DNA of 64,000 bases, taken from Vicugna vicugna. Taxonomy: Eukaryota. Under the pieces are notes generated by a model, which saw only the letters and a list, made by a program, of their open reading frames with translations, searched no databases and was not told the origin of the DNA. Both the position numbers and the translations under genes were made by a program. The DNA lies in NCBI GenBank assembly GCA_013265495.1, contig MU058793.1, forward strand, positions 188,001-252,000, given 5' to 3'. Positions 52,885 through 64,000 of this stretch are shown here, piece by piece (the stretch's first letter is position 1; each line of letters opens with the position of its first letter).

Positions 52885-53143
52885 GAACCGAGGCTCTGGA
52901 ATTCAAGTTCTGGGGTTTGGAATTTCAGGTCTGTAACTTTGTGGCTGTATGACTGTGAGCAAATTACTTAAATCCTCTGTGTGGTGGTTTCCTTATATAT
53001 GAGGTATACAAAAAAACAGAAATAACCTATGACTGTTATAATAAAGCAAATATTCCACATATGTATAGTCTGAGATATATATCTATAATATGTTTCAGAT
53101 CTATGATGTCTGATACATAATAAGTCCTCAATAAATATTAGCT
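52885..53143 (+). mobile_element. MIR SINE
   Basis: ggctctggaattca…ggctgtatgactgtgagcaaattacttaaatcctctgtg…taagtcctcaataaatattagcta. Confidence 0.75.
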
Positions 53144-53349
53144 AGAAAGTTCCTGATAGCTGCCAAAGGCTTACAGTATGTGCTTCTATTTAAAACTGAG
53201 CATCAAATGGAGGACTCGGTAACAAAATACTCCTCTGCAGGTCACCCCTGGTGACACTGCACCATGAGAGAGGGGTGTGAGCCTGAACTGGTTCTCACTT
53301 TATGCGGAAACTAACTGTCAAGGGACTTAAGATCCTTCCAGCAGCTTTC

Positions 53350-54090
53350 GCAGGGAGAAGCTTCTGCCCAAAGCCAAGGGCGCCACGCCTGGGCTGCCCC
53401 TGAGGCCACTGTCCACGCTGTCCCCTCACAGGAGCCGCCAGCGGAGGACCGGGTCTGAGATCCAGCTGGCGCTCCGCTCTCCATGCGCGTGGCCGTGTCA
53501 GCTCACAGCCCACAGCCAGGGCCATCTTCCGTTCTCACGGAGCGCGCGGGCCGGCTGCACCATACGGGGCCCGCTGACGGAGGAGGTCTCCGGGCCTCTT
53601 CTCCCTTCAGCCAGCCAGGGGACTTAGGGGTCACTTCCCGTGGGGAAAGAGCGGGCAAGCCAGTCAGGCTGCTGAGCGGCAAGGTGACAGAAAGGCCAAG
53701 GCAATTTATCTCAGAGAGAAAGGAAGCGGAGGGCTGCCACAGCTGGGAAGTACAAGGGTGGATCCAACTTTGAACATGGCCCAGTCCCGGCACCCACGTC
53801 CCCGGGTTTTGTTCTCTCTTTCCAGTTTCCTGCCGGCGGCACCCACCTTGACAGGACCACTGACAGAGTGAAAATGAAGGCGCCTATCTCCGCGCTCTCT
53901 GAGAACTCGCTCCTCATTGGCCGGGATCCGGTCACGTGCCCACCCCTGACCCAACCACTCTGGGGCGAGGAGAGTCCGGATTCTGATTGGTCAGCTTGGG
54001 GTCACGGGGTAGCTTCGGAGCTGTGGGTGGAGTCAGAACCACCTGACCCGCCCAGCTGAGAACCCGGCGCTGGGGAGTTTTGCGGAATTG
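53350..54090 (-). promoter_or_regulatory. CpG-island-like promoter, probably driving a leftward (minus-strand) transcript
   Basis: The only CpG-dense, GC-rich segment in the window. It has ATTGG at 53916 and 53986, GTCACGTG at 53931, GCCATCTTCCG (YY1/ETS) at 53521 and CACTTCC at about 53632. Confidence 0.72.
53847..53905 (-). other. Candidate non-coding first exon
   Basis: Lies downstream of the CCAAT boxes on the minus strand and ends at the donor-like CAAG|GTGGGT (53847/53846). The 5' boundary is a guess. Confidence 0.35.
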
Positions 54091-54355
54091 AAATACTACT
54101 TTTAGAAGTAGTTCAAGTGGGTGCTACCGCTCTACAGCAAAAACGGCAGATGTGCACAACAGTGGGGAAAGAAGGAGGAGGCAGAGGAGGAAGGAGATGG
54201 CAGGTAGGGGGAGAGCGCGAGGGAAGGTGATCTCTCCTCAGGTGTCTATTTCCTGGTCTACTATCCTGTCTGAAGAGGGTTGCTGACCACTGAGCTGACA
54301 AGGACACCTCTGAAAGGCCCTGCAACGGCTGCAGAAACTGGCCTGCATCTCGAAG

Positions 54356-54540
54356 GCTGTGGTTCTCACACAGACTGCACGTAGTAAGTTACCTGAGGAG
54401 CATTTTAAACATCCCAGTGCCTAAACTCTGTCTCCAGAGATTCTGTTTCAGCTGATGAGATGGGAGGTGAAGCTAGGTATGGGTATTTTTCAGAAGCTTC
54501 CCCAAATGGTTCTGTTGGCAGCCATGTTTGAGAACCACTG
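54356..54540. mobile_element. MER5-family DNA transposon
   Basis: ctgtggttctcaca…ttacctgaggagcattttaaa…cagagattctg…gggtatttttcagaagcttcccca…tttgagaaccactg. Confidence 0.82.
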
Positions 54541-55887
54541 TCCTGGAGCATCTGCCAGCCATTTTTTGGTAAACTTGCTTGCTGAAAGGGGAAAAAAATC
54601 ACCCAACTCACAAAAACCCTCATCCAGGCTGACCAAACCAATATTCCCCACTCAGGGCCAGATTCTAAGATTAGGGTACCTTAGCCAGGGGTGCTTGGGA
54701 AGAGGCTGGGGGTTTGCTGTGTTGGATGATGAGAGAGTACATATATTAAAGGATGTTACACTGTCTTCTCACTGTTTTGCCTTTGCAATGCTCCTTCTAG
54801 TATCTTTTTTTATCCTTGTCTCAACAGGCATGATGTCATCGTCTTCGTTTACAATAGAAATTGTTGAAAAGGTGGAACTTCTGGAAAATGTGCTTAGAGG
54901 AGGAAATTATTCTCCTGCCCACTAGTTTCATTTTTGTTCCTTTTCTGCAGAGAAAAGAGGGGTAATCTTTATCGGTTGCAACAAGACCCAATTAGATGTT
55001 TGTATGGGTTTACTAATTATAGGAAGATGTTTGCCATTTAAGGAGCCAAATTTCTGATGAGGGAGTGAAAATAACCAGCAAGCACAGTAACTGTAAACCA
55101 TCTCCCCTTGCTGGATTAAGTACCAAGGAAAGATACATCCACTGCTGGGTTTCTAATCCACTCTGACTCAGGGTTCTGCTTCTGCCTAGTAGCTGTCCTG
55201 ATTTTTTTAATCTGTGATTTTCTTGAACCATTTCACAGGTTCAAGAAAGGCCTAAGATTCATGAAGAGTGGGTCTGTAATAGATTTGTAAGTAGAAAATT
55301 AAGACATGTGTCTTAGGGTCATCACCACCGTGGGCATGTTATATTCATCCACAATAGCCATCCCTTGATGCTGAAACTAGAACTGTAATACTACCAGGAT
55401 GCCTCCCTGGTCTACCCAATACAAAAATTGTATATTACTTGTTGAAATTTGGAGGTCTTTTTCAGATGCCACTCTCTTCCCCTGCTTTCACATGCTTGAA
55501 TTTATTCTGTCGTCACGAAAGTTTTATTGCATCTTTTGTTTTGTTCTTTATACTCTCTTGTATTTGTAAACCACATCCATTTGACAGAACAATTTTATTT
55601 TCGTTATCCTATTTTGATCCTCACAGCCATCCTGGAGTAATGAAATACAGTAAGGCTGTGAATGCTGTGAGTGATTCCATTCTTTCAAATTATGTCTCAA
55701 TTAATCAATGAGTATTCAGTTCTACAGCAGACTTTTGAAATGCTTTTAACATATGATCATGTGTTAATGGTCATCCCTGGTGAGTATATAACAGTCAGAC
55801 ATAACACAAAAGTACAGATTTTTATGACCCAGTATTATGTGCTACAGAAACCTCAGCTGGTCTTTGACCCCACCATCACATTAAATA

Positions 55888-56135
55888 GGGATCAAGTTCA
55901 AATCCACACAGGGGCCAGGAGACAAAAGCAGTTGCATGAGTAGAGCTGGGTGGGGACTATGGCAAACCAGAAAGTACAGTCCACTTGTTGCCAAATTGTC
56001 CACTGTCTCAAGAGAAACTGTTAACCTAGATCTTTTTGTAATCTCTCTACTTTGGAATTCTAGCTAATCTTTTTAACTCTGTAGGCCAAATGGGCCATTG
56101 TGTTCCGGCTGGATTTAACCCTTCAGCTGTCTTCT
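55888..56135 (+). mobile_element. MER102-like hAT DNA transposon
   Basis: ttcaaatccacacaggggccagg…gctgggtggggactatggcaaaccagaaag…tcaagagaaactg. Confidence 0.65.
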
Positions 56136-56299
56136 GTGGCTCCTATTTATCCCTCCTTGTTTCTCTTTTCATTAGCTCAGGACTGGCAATGACAGCATCA
56201 CTTACTCAAAACAACCAAATCACTATGTCCCAGGAGTTCCAAATGGACATGTCAAGTCAACTGTCCTTGTCCCTGAAAGCACCCTGCACCAGTTTTGAT

Positions 56300-56485
56300 T
56301 ACTGTCTCCATCTATTCCTGTTGTACTTTAAATATAATTCCAACAGCATCATGTGCCACCAAATAGTCATTATTTGTGTTGATGTTTCTGTCCTACTAGA
56401 CAGTGAACTCCTTAAAAGCCAAAACTGTCTCATCTTTCTGTCCCCAGTCCCTAGCTCACAATGGACACTCAATTATTATTTAACG
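56300..56485 (+). mobile_element. L2 3' fragment
   Basis: ctactagacagtgaactccttaaaagc…tgtctcatctttctgtccccagtccctagc…gacactcaat. Confidence 0.7.
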
Positions 56486-57359
56486 AACCTAGAAAGATTT
56501 GCACCACTACTTGTAAAAGAGACAAATGTAGTGAATTTAGGGAAGTGAATAAACACTATTATGACGTTGTGAGCATGCATGCACACACACACATGCATCT
56601 CTGCTACTAGTATCATCATCACCACAAGCAGATCCTATGGTTTTAATCAACAATAATTATGAATGTGGTGGGAGGGTATAAAAATATAATAAATATGACT
56701 CTGGGAGTAGAAGAGGTAGGCAGTGAGCTAGAACTGGATGCTGCCCCAGGTGCTTAAACTTTTATGTTGGGCTGTTGAACCATGTTTCCTTCTACTTTTT
56801 CGAGGCTTCCACAATTGATCCCTGCGCTATCTGATTGCCCTGGAACCCAGCCAGAGGGAATATGGACACAGGCCCCCTCTTTCATGTTTCAATGTTGCTT
56901 CTTTCACCAACAACACCCTATTCCTTCTCCTGTGCTATTCCTTATCCACAGAAGCTCAAGACCCATCTTCTTCCAGAAAGTTTCTCCAGCTGCTTTAGCC
57001 CCAGAGAATCTCGTCTTCCTTCAGATTTTTGTAGTGATTATAATCTAGCCCTTCCACTTCGTCACTTGATTGCATTCAGTCTTTTCTACTTAAATGCATA
57101 GTTGTGTTCCTGAGAAACGAAAATTATGGAAAGTGCTGTTTAAAAAATAGTTATTTTGCTGGGAAATATAGAAATTAGGAGATAGAGAGCTTCAGAGTCA
57201 CAGTAACAAGATTTTCTACACTAATTCTAAGAATAACAGATGCTTGTGGGAAGCTATAAAATGTACATATCATTGAACAAACCCAGTATTGGAATAAGTT
57301 TAACTTCTCATCAAGCAAACACCTTTGTCTCTTTCTATATACTCTTACCACTTTTCTCC

Positions 57360-57560
57360 TTCACTCAGCAGATATTAATTGAGCTCCTACTATGTGCCAG
57401 GCACTGATCTAGGTGCAAGGGATACAGCGGTAAAACAGAAGACAAGATCCCTGCTTGCAGTGAGCTGACATTCCAGTAGGACAAGTAAACAATTTCAAAT
57501 AGCAATTAGTAGCGTGAGGAAAAATAGGCTGACAGGCTAGAGAATACCTGAGCACGTGAG
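57360..57560 (-). mobile_element. L2 3' fragment
   Basis: tcactcagcagatattaattgagctcctactatgtgccaggcactgatctaggtgcaagggatacagcggtaaaacag. Confidence 0.85.
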
Positions 57561-57721
57561 TGAGGGAACAAGCTTGGTGAGCTGACGAAACATACAAAAA
57601 GCATCTTGTCGAGCCACCCAAACAAAAAGGTTCCATCGCAAGTACAACAGTGTTTTGTTTTTAAGTAGGATTTACTAGTTCCTGGGCCCTGCTGGCTGGC
57701 TAATTTTATTTTCAACATTTT

Positions 57722-57997
57722 AACTGAAGTAAAGCATAGCTTAAAGAGTGAGGAGAGTCGAGAATGACAGTAAAAGAGGGAAATGGTGAGTATCAATTAC
57801 AGCTCTGAGGCCAGATGCAAGTGGCAGGGGCTACAGAGTCTCCCACCAACCCTCTCCTTTGTAAGTTTCCCTTGGGGAAAGAGACTAGTGGGGATCCTGG
57901 GGGAGTTCCTCCCAGCGGTTATTTGAAGAAATTAATCTAGGAGGTAGGCAGGGTGGACTGTAGTCAATACTGTCTGTCAGGCCTCGCTTCAGGACCA
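57722..57997 (+). mobile_element. ERVL internal 3' end (pol tail, PPT and start of 3' LTR)
   Basis: Decayed translation …ESRE*/TVKEGNGEYQLQL*GQMQ resembles the ERVL integrase end (…GNLEWVVEEG..EYQLRP.DQLQ.RGL). PPT aggcagggtggac is followed by the LTR start tgtagt at 57959. Confidence 0.55.
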
Positions 57998-57999
57998 CA

Positions 58000-59503
58000 G
58001 ATACCTGACGGGTTTTCTGACCTTGCAGCATGTATCTCCCTAACACATCTAATTCCCTGAGCCTTTTGTTTCCTTCTGCTCTCTGGCACAGTGGTTCTTT
58101 ACTATGACATTTCTGCTTATGGCACTGGCTTTTCTACTTCATTTAATGTAGGCTGTTACTATTTCCATGCCTGTAGAAGCCACTCGAACAGTGCGTTTGC
58201 ACCATCTGGCAATGTCCCTGCTGGGATGTTAAACTCTGTATCCTGACAGAGTGTTCCCAGATCAGTCAAACCTTGTGCGCTTCCCCTAGATCCAGCACCC
58301 TCAGAATACAGTCCCAAGCATGTTTTCTGGCTCCTGCCAGTGTGCGTTGGCTAGATCCTGCATCTCCTTTCAAATCTACCCCTTTTTCTCCCTTATCAGG
58401 CCCAGGATAACACTGCCTGAGCTATCTCTTATTTGACCTTTGTTATTTACAGGCTTATTGGCCAGGAGGAAACTGGGGGCAGATTCTGGGAGAGTTTGGC
58501 ACGTGTCTTACAACAGAGCAATGCCTGCAATTGTCAAAGAAAGGAGAAGCAGCAGTTCATTAATAGAGGTGTGCACCATTTCCATAGGTTCAGAGGTTTG
58601 GGGAAACTTGAGGTTCAAGGTTTTAGTCTGCTTTGATTTTGTTCTTTCCTGATCTGGACCCAGGTATAATAGACATACTGTCTTAGTTCGTTCAGGCTGC
58701 TATAACAAAATATCACAGCCTGGGTGGCTTATAAACAATAGACATTCATTTCTCACAGTTCTGGAGGCTGGGGAGTCCAAAATAATGGTGCCAGCAGATT
58801 CAGCATCCAGTGGGAAGCTCTTCCTTTTAGAGGGTAACTTCACCCTGTGCCCTCACAATATAGAAGGGGATAGAAAGCTCTGGGGCCTCTTTTCTAAGGG
58901 CACAAATTATGACAGTTCTACTCTCATGACTTAATTACCTAAAGGCCCACCTCTAAATACCCTCACCTTAGGGGTTAGGTTTCAACACATGAATTTGGGG
59001 TGGGGTGGGGAGACACACTGAGACCATAGCACAAGCCTAGGTTTAGAGCTCTGTCACTCCTGATAAAGTCCTGGGCCCGATCTTCAGCTCTCTCTGCCTT
59101 TAGGCTATGGAAGATTAAGGTCTCTTTATATGCTACCAAGGAAGCCCTCTGGATTTTCTTCTTACCTTTTAATTGCCAATTTATCACCCTCAGTCTTCTG
59201 TTATCTTTTCCCAAAGCATTAGTGAAGCTTAGCAACAGCTATGCAAGTCCATGGCCCTTTCTGTTATGGTTACCACATGTTTCTCAAATGCCTGCTACTG
59301 CACCAGTTTATGAATTCCATTCTGCCAGTATATTATCCCAGTCTGCCACCAGTAAAAGCTCTAATAATTGCACCTCATGCTAAAGGCTGTGTGTATTCTG
59401 CTTACCACCAGTGATGAGTCTTCACTGCCACTCAGGCAGCAGATAATCCAGCTTCAAAATCTCATCTTAGCATCTGCTTCCTCCAACCACTTCTAGTATC
59501 AAC
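58000..59503 (-). mobile_element. ERVL (HERV16/ERV3-16-like) internal region, decayed gag, interrupted by MLT1A
   Basis: Minus-strand peptides LGKDNRRLRVINWQLK…QRASLVAYKETLI…KAERAEDRAQDFI and KEMQDLANAHWQEP/HAWDCILRVLD…LTDLGTLCQDTEFNI…DGANALFEWLLQAWK resemble ERVL Gag. A Leu-type PBS-like sequence tgatactagaagtggt lies at 59486-59501. Confidence 0.8.
58679..59031 (-). mobile_element. MaLR solo LTR (MLT1A0-like)
   Basis: tgtcttagttcgttcaggctgctataacaaaat…ttctcacagttctggaggctgggagtcc…ggttaggtttcaacacatgaatttgggg…agaccatagca. Confidence 0.9.
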
Positions 59504-59845
59504 TGTTGCAGGTTTGGTTCCCCAGAAAGCAGAATCTAAGATGGAGGCTAGTCTGCAGTAAGTTTATTAGGGAGGTTTTGGAATCAACTCCCATGGAAGG
59601 GAGGTAAATGAAATAGGACTGAGCAGAAGGAGAAGTTAGACTGTGATGCAGTTTCAACAAAGGCCTCAGCTAACTCTGTGTGGTACTCTGAAGCTAGGAT
59701 GCTTAAGCTGGTGTGAGGGAGCCATGACTTTATACACCCACATCCCCAAGTCACTAGATAAAGCTGCCCTGAGGAGGGGCTATGACCTTGAGCAAATTCT
59801 GAGAGTGCTGCCTGCATGAGAGTCCTCAGTTGTTAGCCTACCTTA
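59504..59845 (-). mobile_element. LTR16A-like 5' LTR of the ERVL
   Basis: tgttgcaggtttggttccccagaaagcagaatctaagatggag…gtttattaggga…aacaaaggcctcagc. Directly abuts the PBS. Confidence 0.8.
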
Positions 59846-59899
59846 GAAAGTAATGTTTACCATGTGAACAGAATAAAAGAAAACAAGCTGACACTTTTA

Positions 59900-60930
59900 T
59901 TTCTACTACAATCCAAGCCCATTTGTTTCTCTTCCCTTATTGCTTTGGACCTCTGATGTGGTGATTAATACAATGATGCTACTAGTCCACATTTTTCGGG
60001 GAGAAAACTTTTAACATTTTGCTCTTAAATATCATCATAGTGTAGGTATTTTTATACATACTTTTTATCAGCTATGAATTTCCCATCTTTTTCTAGTTAG
60101 GATTTTTTTTTCTTGGAAACAGATGGTAAATGTAACCAAATGCATTTTCTATATATATTGAAATAATCATATAATCTATTGAGATTATTGTTTTATTCCA
60201 TTCACATGGCAAATTATAGTGACTTTAAAATATTAAACCGAAGTTAGATTCTTTTTTTCACATCTGTTGATTTTATTTGCTAGAATTTTGGAATTAGGTT
60301 TTTACATCTATGTTTCTGAGAGATTGGTCTGCAAATTTCCCTTCTTGTAATGCTTTGTCAGATTGTGCTATCAAGGTCACTCTGCCTTCATAAAATGAAT
60401 CAGAAAATATTCTCTCTGTTTGCATAAGACTGGTATTAATTACTTTTTAACTGTTTGGTCCAATTCACTAGTAAACCCATCTAAGGCCCAAATTTCTTTG
60501 TGAGAAGGTTTTTCTTGAGAAATCCTTTTCTTTACTAGATGTAGGACTATTCAGATTTTCACTTTCTTCTTAGGTCAGCTTTGATAAGTGATATTTTTAC
60601 ATATTTATTCATCTGACCTAAATTGTTAAGAGTTTCCACTTGGATTCTCATCCTTTTAGAAGCTTCCTTCCACTACTCTCTACTTGTTTTTTCTCCTCCT
60701 TCTCGTGACCTACTTTTGAATTGGAAATTGCTCTGAGTGGAAAAGAGGCTTAGACTGTTAGGCTCACTTCTCTGCACTTCCTTTCTCTCCAGGATCTTGA
60801 CGTCTCAACTCTTCCTACCTTGGTGTCTATCTAATGCATTCGAAAAGATATCTTTTTAAACTCTGTTCAGTGTTTCTAATTGTTTTTAGCAAGAAGATTG
60901 GTTTGCTTATCCATGATAGATGGAAATGAA
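59900..60930 (-). mobile_element. Very old L1 (L1ME/HAL1-like) fragment
   Basis: ttttacatctatgtttctgagagattggtctgcaaatttcc…gccttcataaaatgaat…aattcactagtaaacccatct. Confidence 0.7.
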
Positions 60931-63119
60931 AATACTTCTGTATGGTTTTAATAAATATCTGACTAGTAGATGGATTTGCATTCCATAACTAATCTACCTT
61001 ATATCCAGATATCATTAGGAATATCTGTGCCATAGGAAAACACCTGGCATTCTTCTATTGCATTCTATTTTTCCTCTACTATGTAGCAACCTTCCCATAG
61101 ACAGATACAATGTATCTTTGAATAGAGAAGCAAATTTGGATCCAGGTACTAAACACTTAATTCATGCAATTTGAAAATCTCTAAGATTATCATCACTTTA
61201 AGCATATTAAGTGTTCTCAATTAATATAGTCTATTACCATCACTATTATCATAAGTGCATTATTGTACTTCTGTAAGACAACTCTCTGCAAAACAACAAA
61301 GAAAATTGTCACAGTAATATAATTGGCTGAGAATGGCTTAGCTATCTACAAAATTCAGCAAACTTAGTTTAAAGGACAAAGCAATCATCATGTAGAACTG
61401 AGTGCTTGAGTCTTCCTTACCTAAAAAACTTAGACTATGATCATCACCACTTACCTTAATCTCCTTATTAAGAATCAGAAATGATCTACTTTTGGACCAG
61501 AAACACACATAAAACAGTGTGACACAGTCATAAAATACATGTGCCAGCAAAGGAGGGTTTACGTAGCTATGGCAAAGAAATGAAATATTATCTAATAAAT
61601 TCAAAACTCAAACAAATTGTCCATCTTCTCTACTTAAATATTTTAGAGAACGGTAAATTTTGAAGGATAGAAATTCTTCCCGTATGTCTGAATGTAAGCC
61701 AGCCTCATGAAATGGTGCCCTGCCTTTCTGCTCTGTTCTAGGAACCTGCAATGCCACATAAGTTCAAGGAGACAGTACTCGCCACACTGGCCCATAATAT
61801 TAAAAGAGAAGTGAAGTCAACCAGATTAAGCTTTTTAGGAACAACCTTGCTTTGAGGAATTAAGATAGATTCTGGTTGCAGGTGAAAATGATAGTGGTAG
61901 GAAACCTTCAACTGCTGGTTAGCCTGGTTACACTGTGCTCTGAGATGTCTTTTGTCAACATGATCTCTCTATTTAGAACTCCACTACCCTGTGTTTAAAA
62001 CAAAGGCGCCCCATTCAAAGCAGGCTGTAATTGCAGTCTTTCAGCAAAACAGCATTTACCCAAACATGCCTTTCAGAATGTGGTACAATTTATCACCCCC
62101 ATGGTGCCTGACACACAATTACATTTGTCACTGCTTTAATTGGATATTTCATGTCAGTAATGACTCATCAGCTCCAGAAGTTTATGAAAGATGAATTTTT
62201 GACTACTATCCTTCAGAATTTGCTCCAAAAATAAAACTAAAAAATTATTTGTCTTTTAGGAAGGGTAGAAGTTGCATTTGGGAGAAACATTAATCCTTGT
62301 TTTAGAAAAATAACTATGTATTTCATTTATTGACAGCAAGATGATTGCCTACAGTGTTTCTCATTACCTCTAGATCACAAATGAGTAAATCACTGTCAGA
62401 CAAACCAAGGTTAAAACTGAGTGTGTACATTTTTAACAAGGTGCAGCAATAAATAAATAAATAAAATAAGCAGCAACAACAAAAAACTCCATCACCAAGA
62501 GAGTATTGTTAATTCAGAGAATTTTTTTAGATTCTGTGATGTGATAAGCTCTGCAACTCAGTCATCGCTGAAATTAAATTAGGTTTCAGAAAATGAATAT
62601 TTCATTTTTAAGACTCTGTTGCTTAGAGACCTGGGAAGAGAAGGCTAGTTTAGCCCAAGATGGGGGAGACATTATGATGGCCAGGATTTCCTACTCCTGG
62701 AAACTGCTGGAGAATGCCTAGGAAAAATTACACAAGGGAGGCAAAGCGATGATTGTACAAATGGGTTCATTATAAATGCCACAATGCATGTCATTTCTTC
62801 CAAGCTTCTCTCTCTACCCTTCACCCTTATTAGTAAGACTTAAATTGGGCAAAATATCATGATACCATAGATCTAATCTACCTTTTGTTTAAACAGACAT
62901 GGTATTTAAAAAGGCAAAGCATCCATAGCCTCAGTGGCGAAAACAAAGGATGCTTTTCTTAACAAGGCTGAACAAATAGTAGAGATACAGAAACTCGTAT
63001 TTACATGTTGGGTGGATCCACACTCACCTCACTACATTTTAATCAGCATCATAAACATTGAATACACATTCCCTTCATTACCACTGAAGCTAGAACAGTT
63101 TTAAGAGATCTTTTTGGAT

Positions 63120-63603
63120 ACGGTGGAATGCTGATTATTTCCCAGAATCTATAATAACAGGACCTCTTGAGCGTTACATGAGCACCTGGCTACCCACCTA
63201 AGGATTACTTTTCCCAGCCTTCCTGGTGGGTAGGTGTGATCATGTGAATGTTTTGACCAGTGAGATGCAGGCAGAAGCCATGTGTGCAACTTGCAGATCA
63301 TAATTTTTTTGGAAGAAAGCTCTTGCCCTCTCCTCCATCCTTTCCCTTCCTGGGGGCTGGCATGCAAAGGTAAGGGTGTGAGCCAGATTAACTCTATGGA
63401 GCTGTACTTAGAAGTATGGCAGAGCAGTGAGATAGAAGTAACCTAGATTCCCGTATGGTCTCATGAAACAAAGTAACTTAACCAACCTGCATCATCTGCC
63501 CAGTTCTAGGCTGTATCATGAGGGAGAAATAAGTATCTGTCTTATAAGTCTGTGTTTGAGAATCCCTTTTTTACAACAATATACCCTGTACCCTAACTAA
63601 CAC
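63120..63603 (+). mobile_element. MaLR LTR (MLT1J-like)
   Basis: cttttcccagccttcc…aggtgtgatcatgtga…accagtgagatgcaggcagaag…atggcagagcagtgagatagaag…gggagaaataa…ccctaactaaca. Confidence 0.8.
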
Positions 63604-63769
63604 ATTCGATTTTGGTAGACGTGATCTACCAAAATTTCTCTTCCTCTCATTTGTTCAACTAGATTGTCATTCTCACCTACTCTTGATTCTCACCTTCCTT
63701 CCTCAGTTCTTTATAGTAGATACAAATGAGGATGACAGCCTAGCTCTCCAAGGCTGTTAGAACCTTCTT

Positions 63770-64000
63770 TGTGGTTGCTACCAGCCCCTACAAAATGCCC
63801 ATCCAGAATTCTAACGTGTTCCCACTGTGAAATGCATCTGTATATATATATATGACCCTGCGTCCAAGACCACAGTGACTTCCCAAGAAAGAAGCGTGTG
63901 ACACAAGCTGGGAGGGTCAGAGTTCTTTCCTGGGATCTTCCTGGAGAATGGGCACTTGCTCTTTTGTGAAACAGAAATTTGCTGACTTGTGAAGCCCTTT
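63770..64000 (+). mobile_element. Start of an old MaLR/ERVL LTR, running off the window end
   Basis: tgtggttgc…ccacagtgacttccc…gcgtgtgacacaagctgg…cagagttctttcctggga. Confidence 0.4.

Noticed and set aside
54455..54925. 156-aa ORF next to the promoter
   Set aside because: Starts inside a MER5 element and shows no recognisable homology.
56090..56548. 152-aa plus-strand ORF
   Set aside because: Built largely from MER102 and L2 remnants.
58975..59235. Gag-like ORF as a domesticated gene
   Set aside because: The ERVL gag is frameshifted, contains stops and is disrupted by MLT1A.
1..64000. CRISPR arrays, operons, rRNA, snoRNA or miRNA genes, or a novel multi-gene system
   Set aside because: This is eukaryotic TE-rich non-coding DNA. 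I saw no spaced repeat arrays, long ORFs or recognisable structured-RNA genes by eye. An Infernal/Rfam scan would be needed to exclude small RNAs.

Overview
Mammalian, repeat-rich non-coding DNA, very probably from a camelid (alpaca, llama or camel), because it carries two tRNA-Ala-derived Vic-1-type SINEs and an artiodactyl-type L1 3' end. I found no convincing protein-coding exon. The longer ORFs in the track fall in MIR, L2, L1, MER5 or ERVL remnants or microsatellites, or are unrecognisable. The main functional-looking element is a CpG-rich promoter at about 53.35-54.1 kb. It has two tandem, identically spaced CCAAT/E-box modules, an ETS-YY1 motif and a candidate minus-strand first exon; I cannot name the gene, and it may be a lncRNA. 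The window also holds two CTCF-like motifs, several repeat-free homeodomain-motif-rich blocks that look like enhancers, many old eutherian TEs with clear nested insertions, a rearranged ERVL (HERV16/LTR16-like) provirus remnant, a ~135 bp local duplication and a ~360 bp non-repeat insertion inside an L2. Repeat subfamily names come from recalled consensus sequences and boundaries are approximate. I found no evidence of a novel multi-gene biological system.
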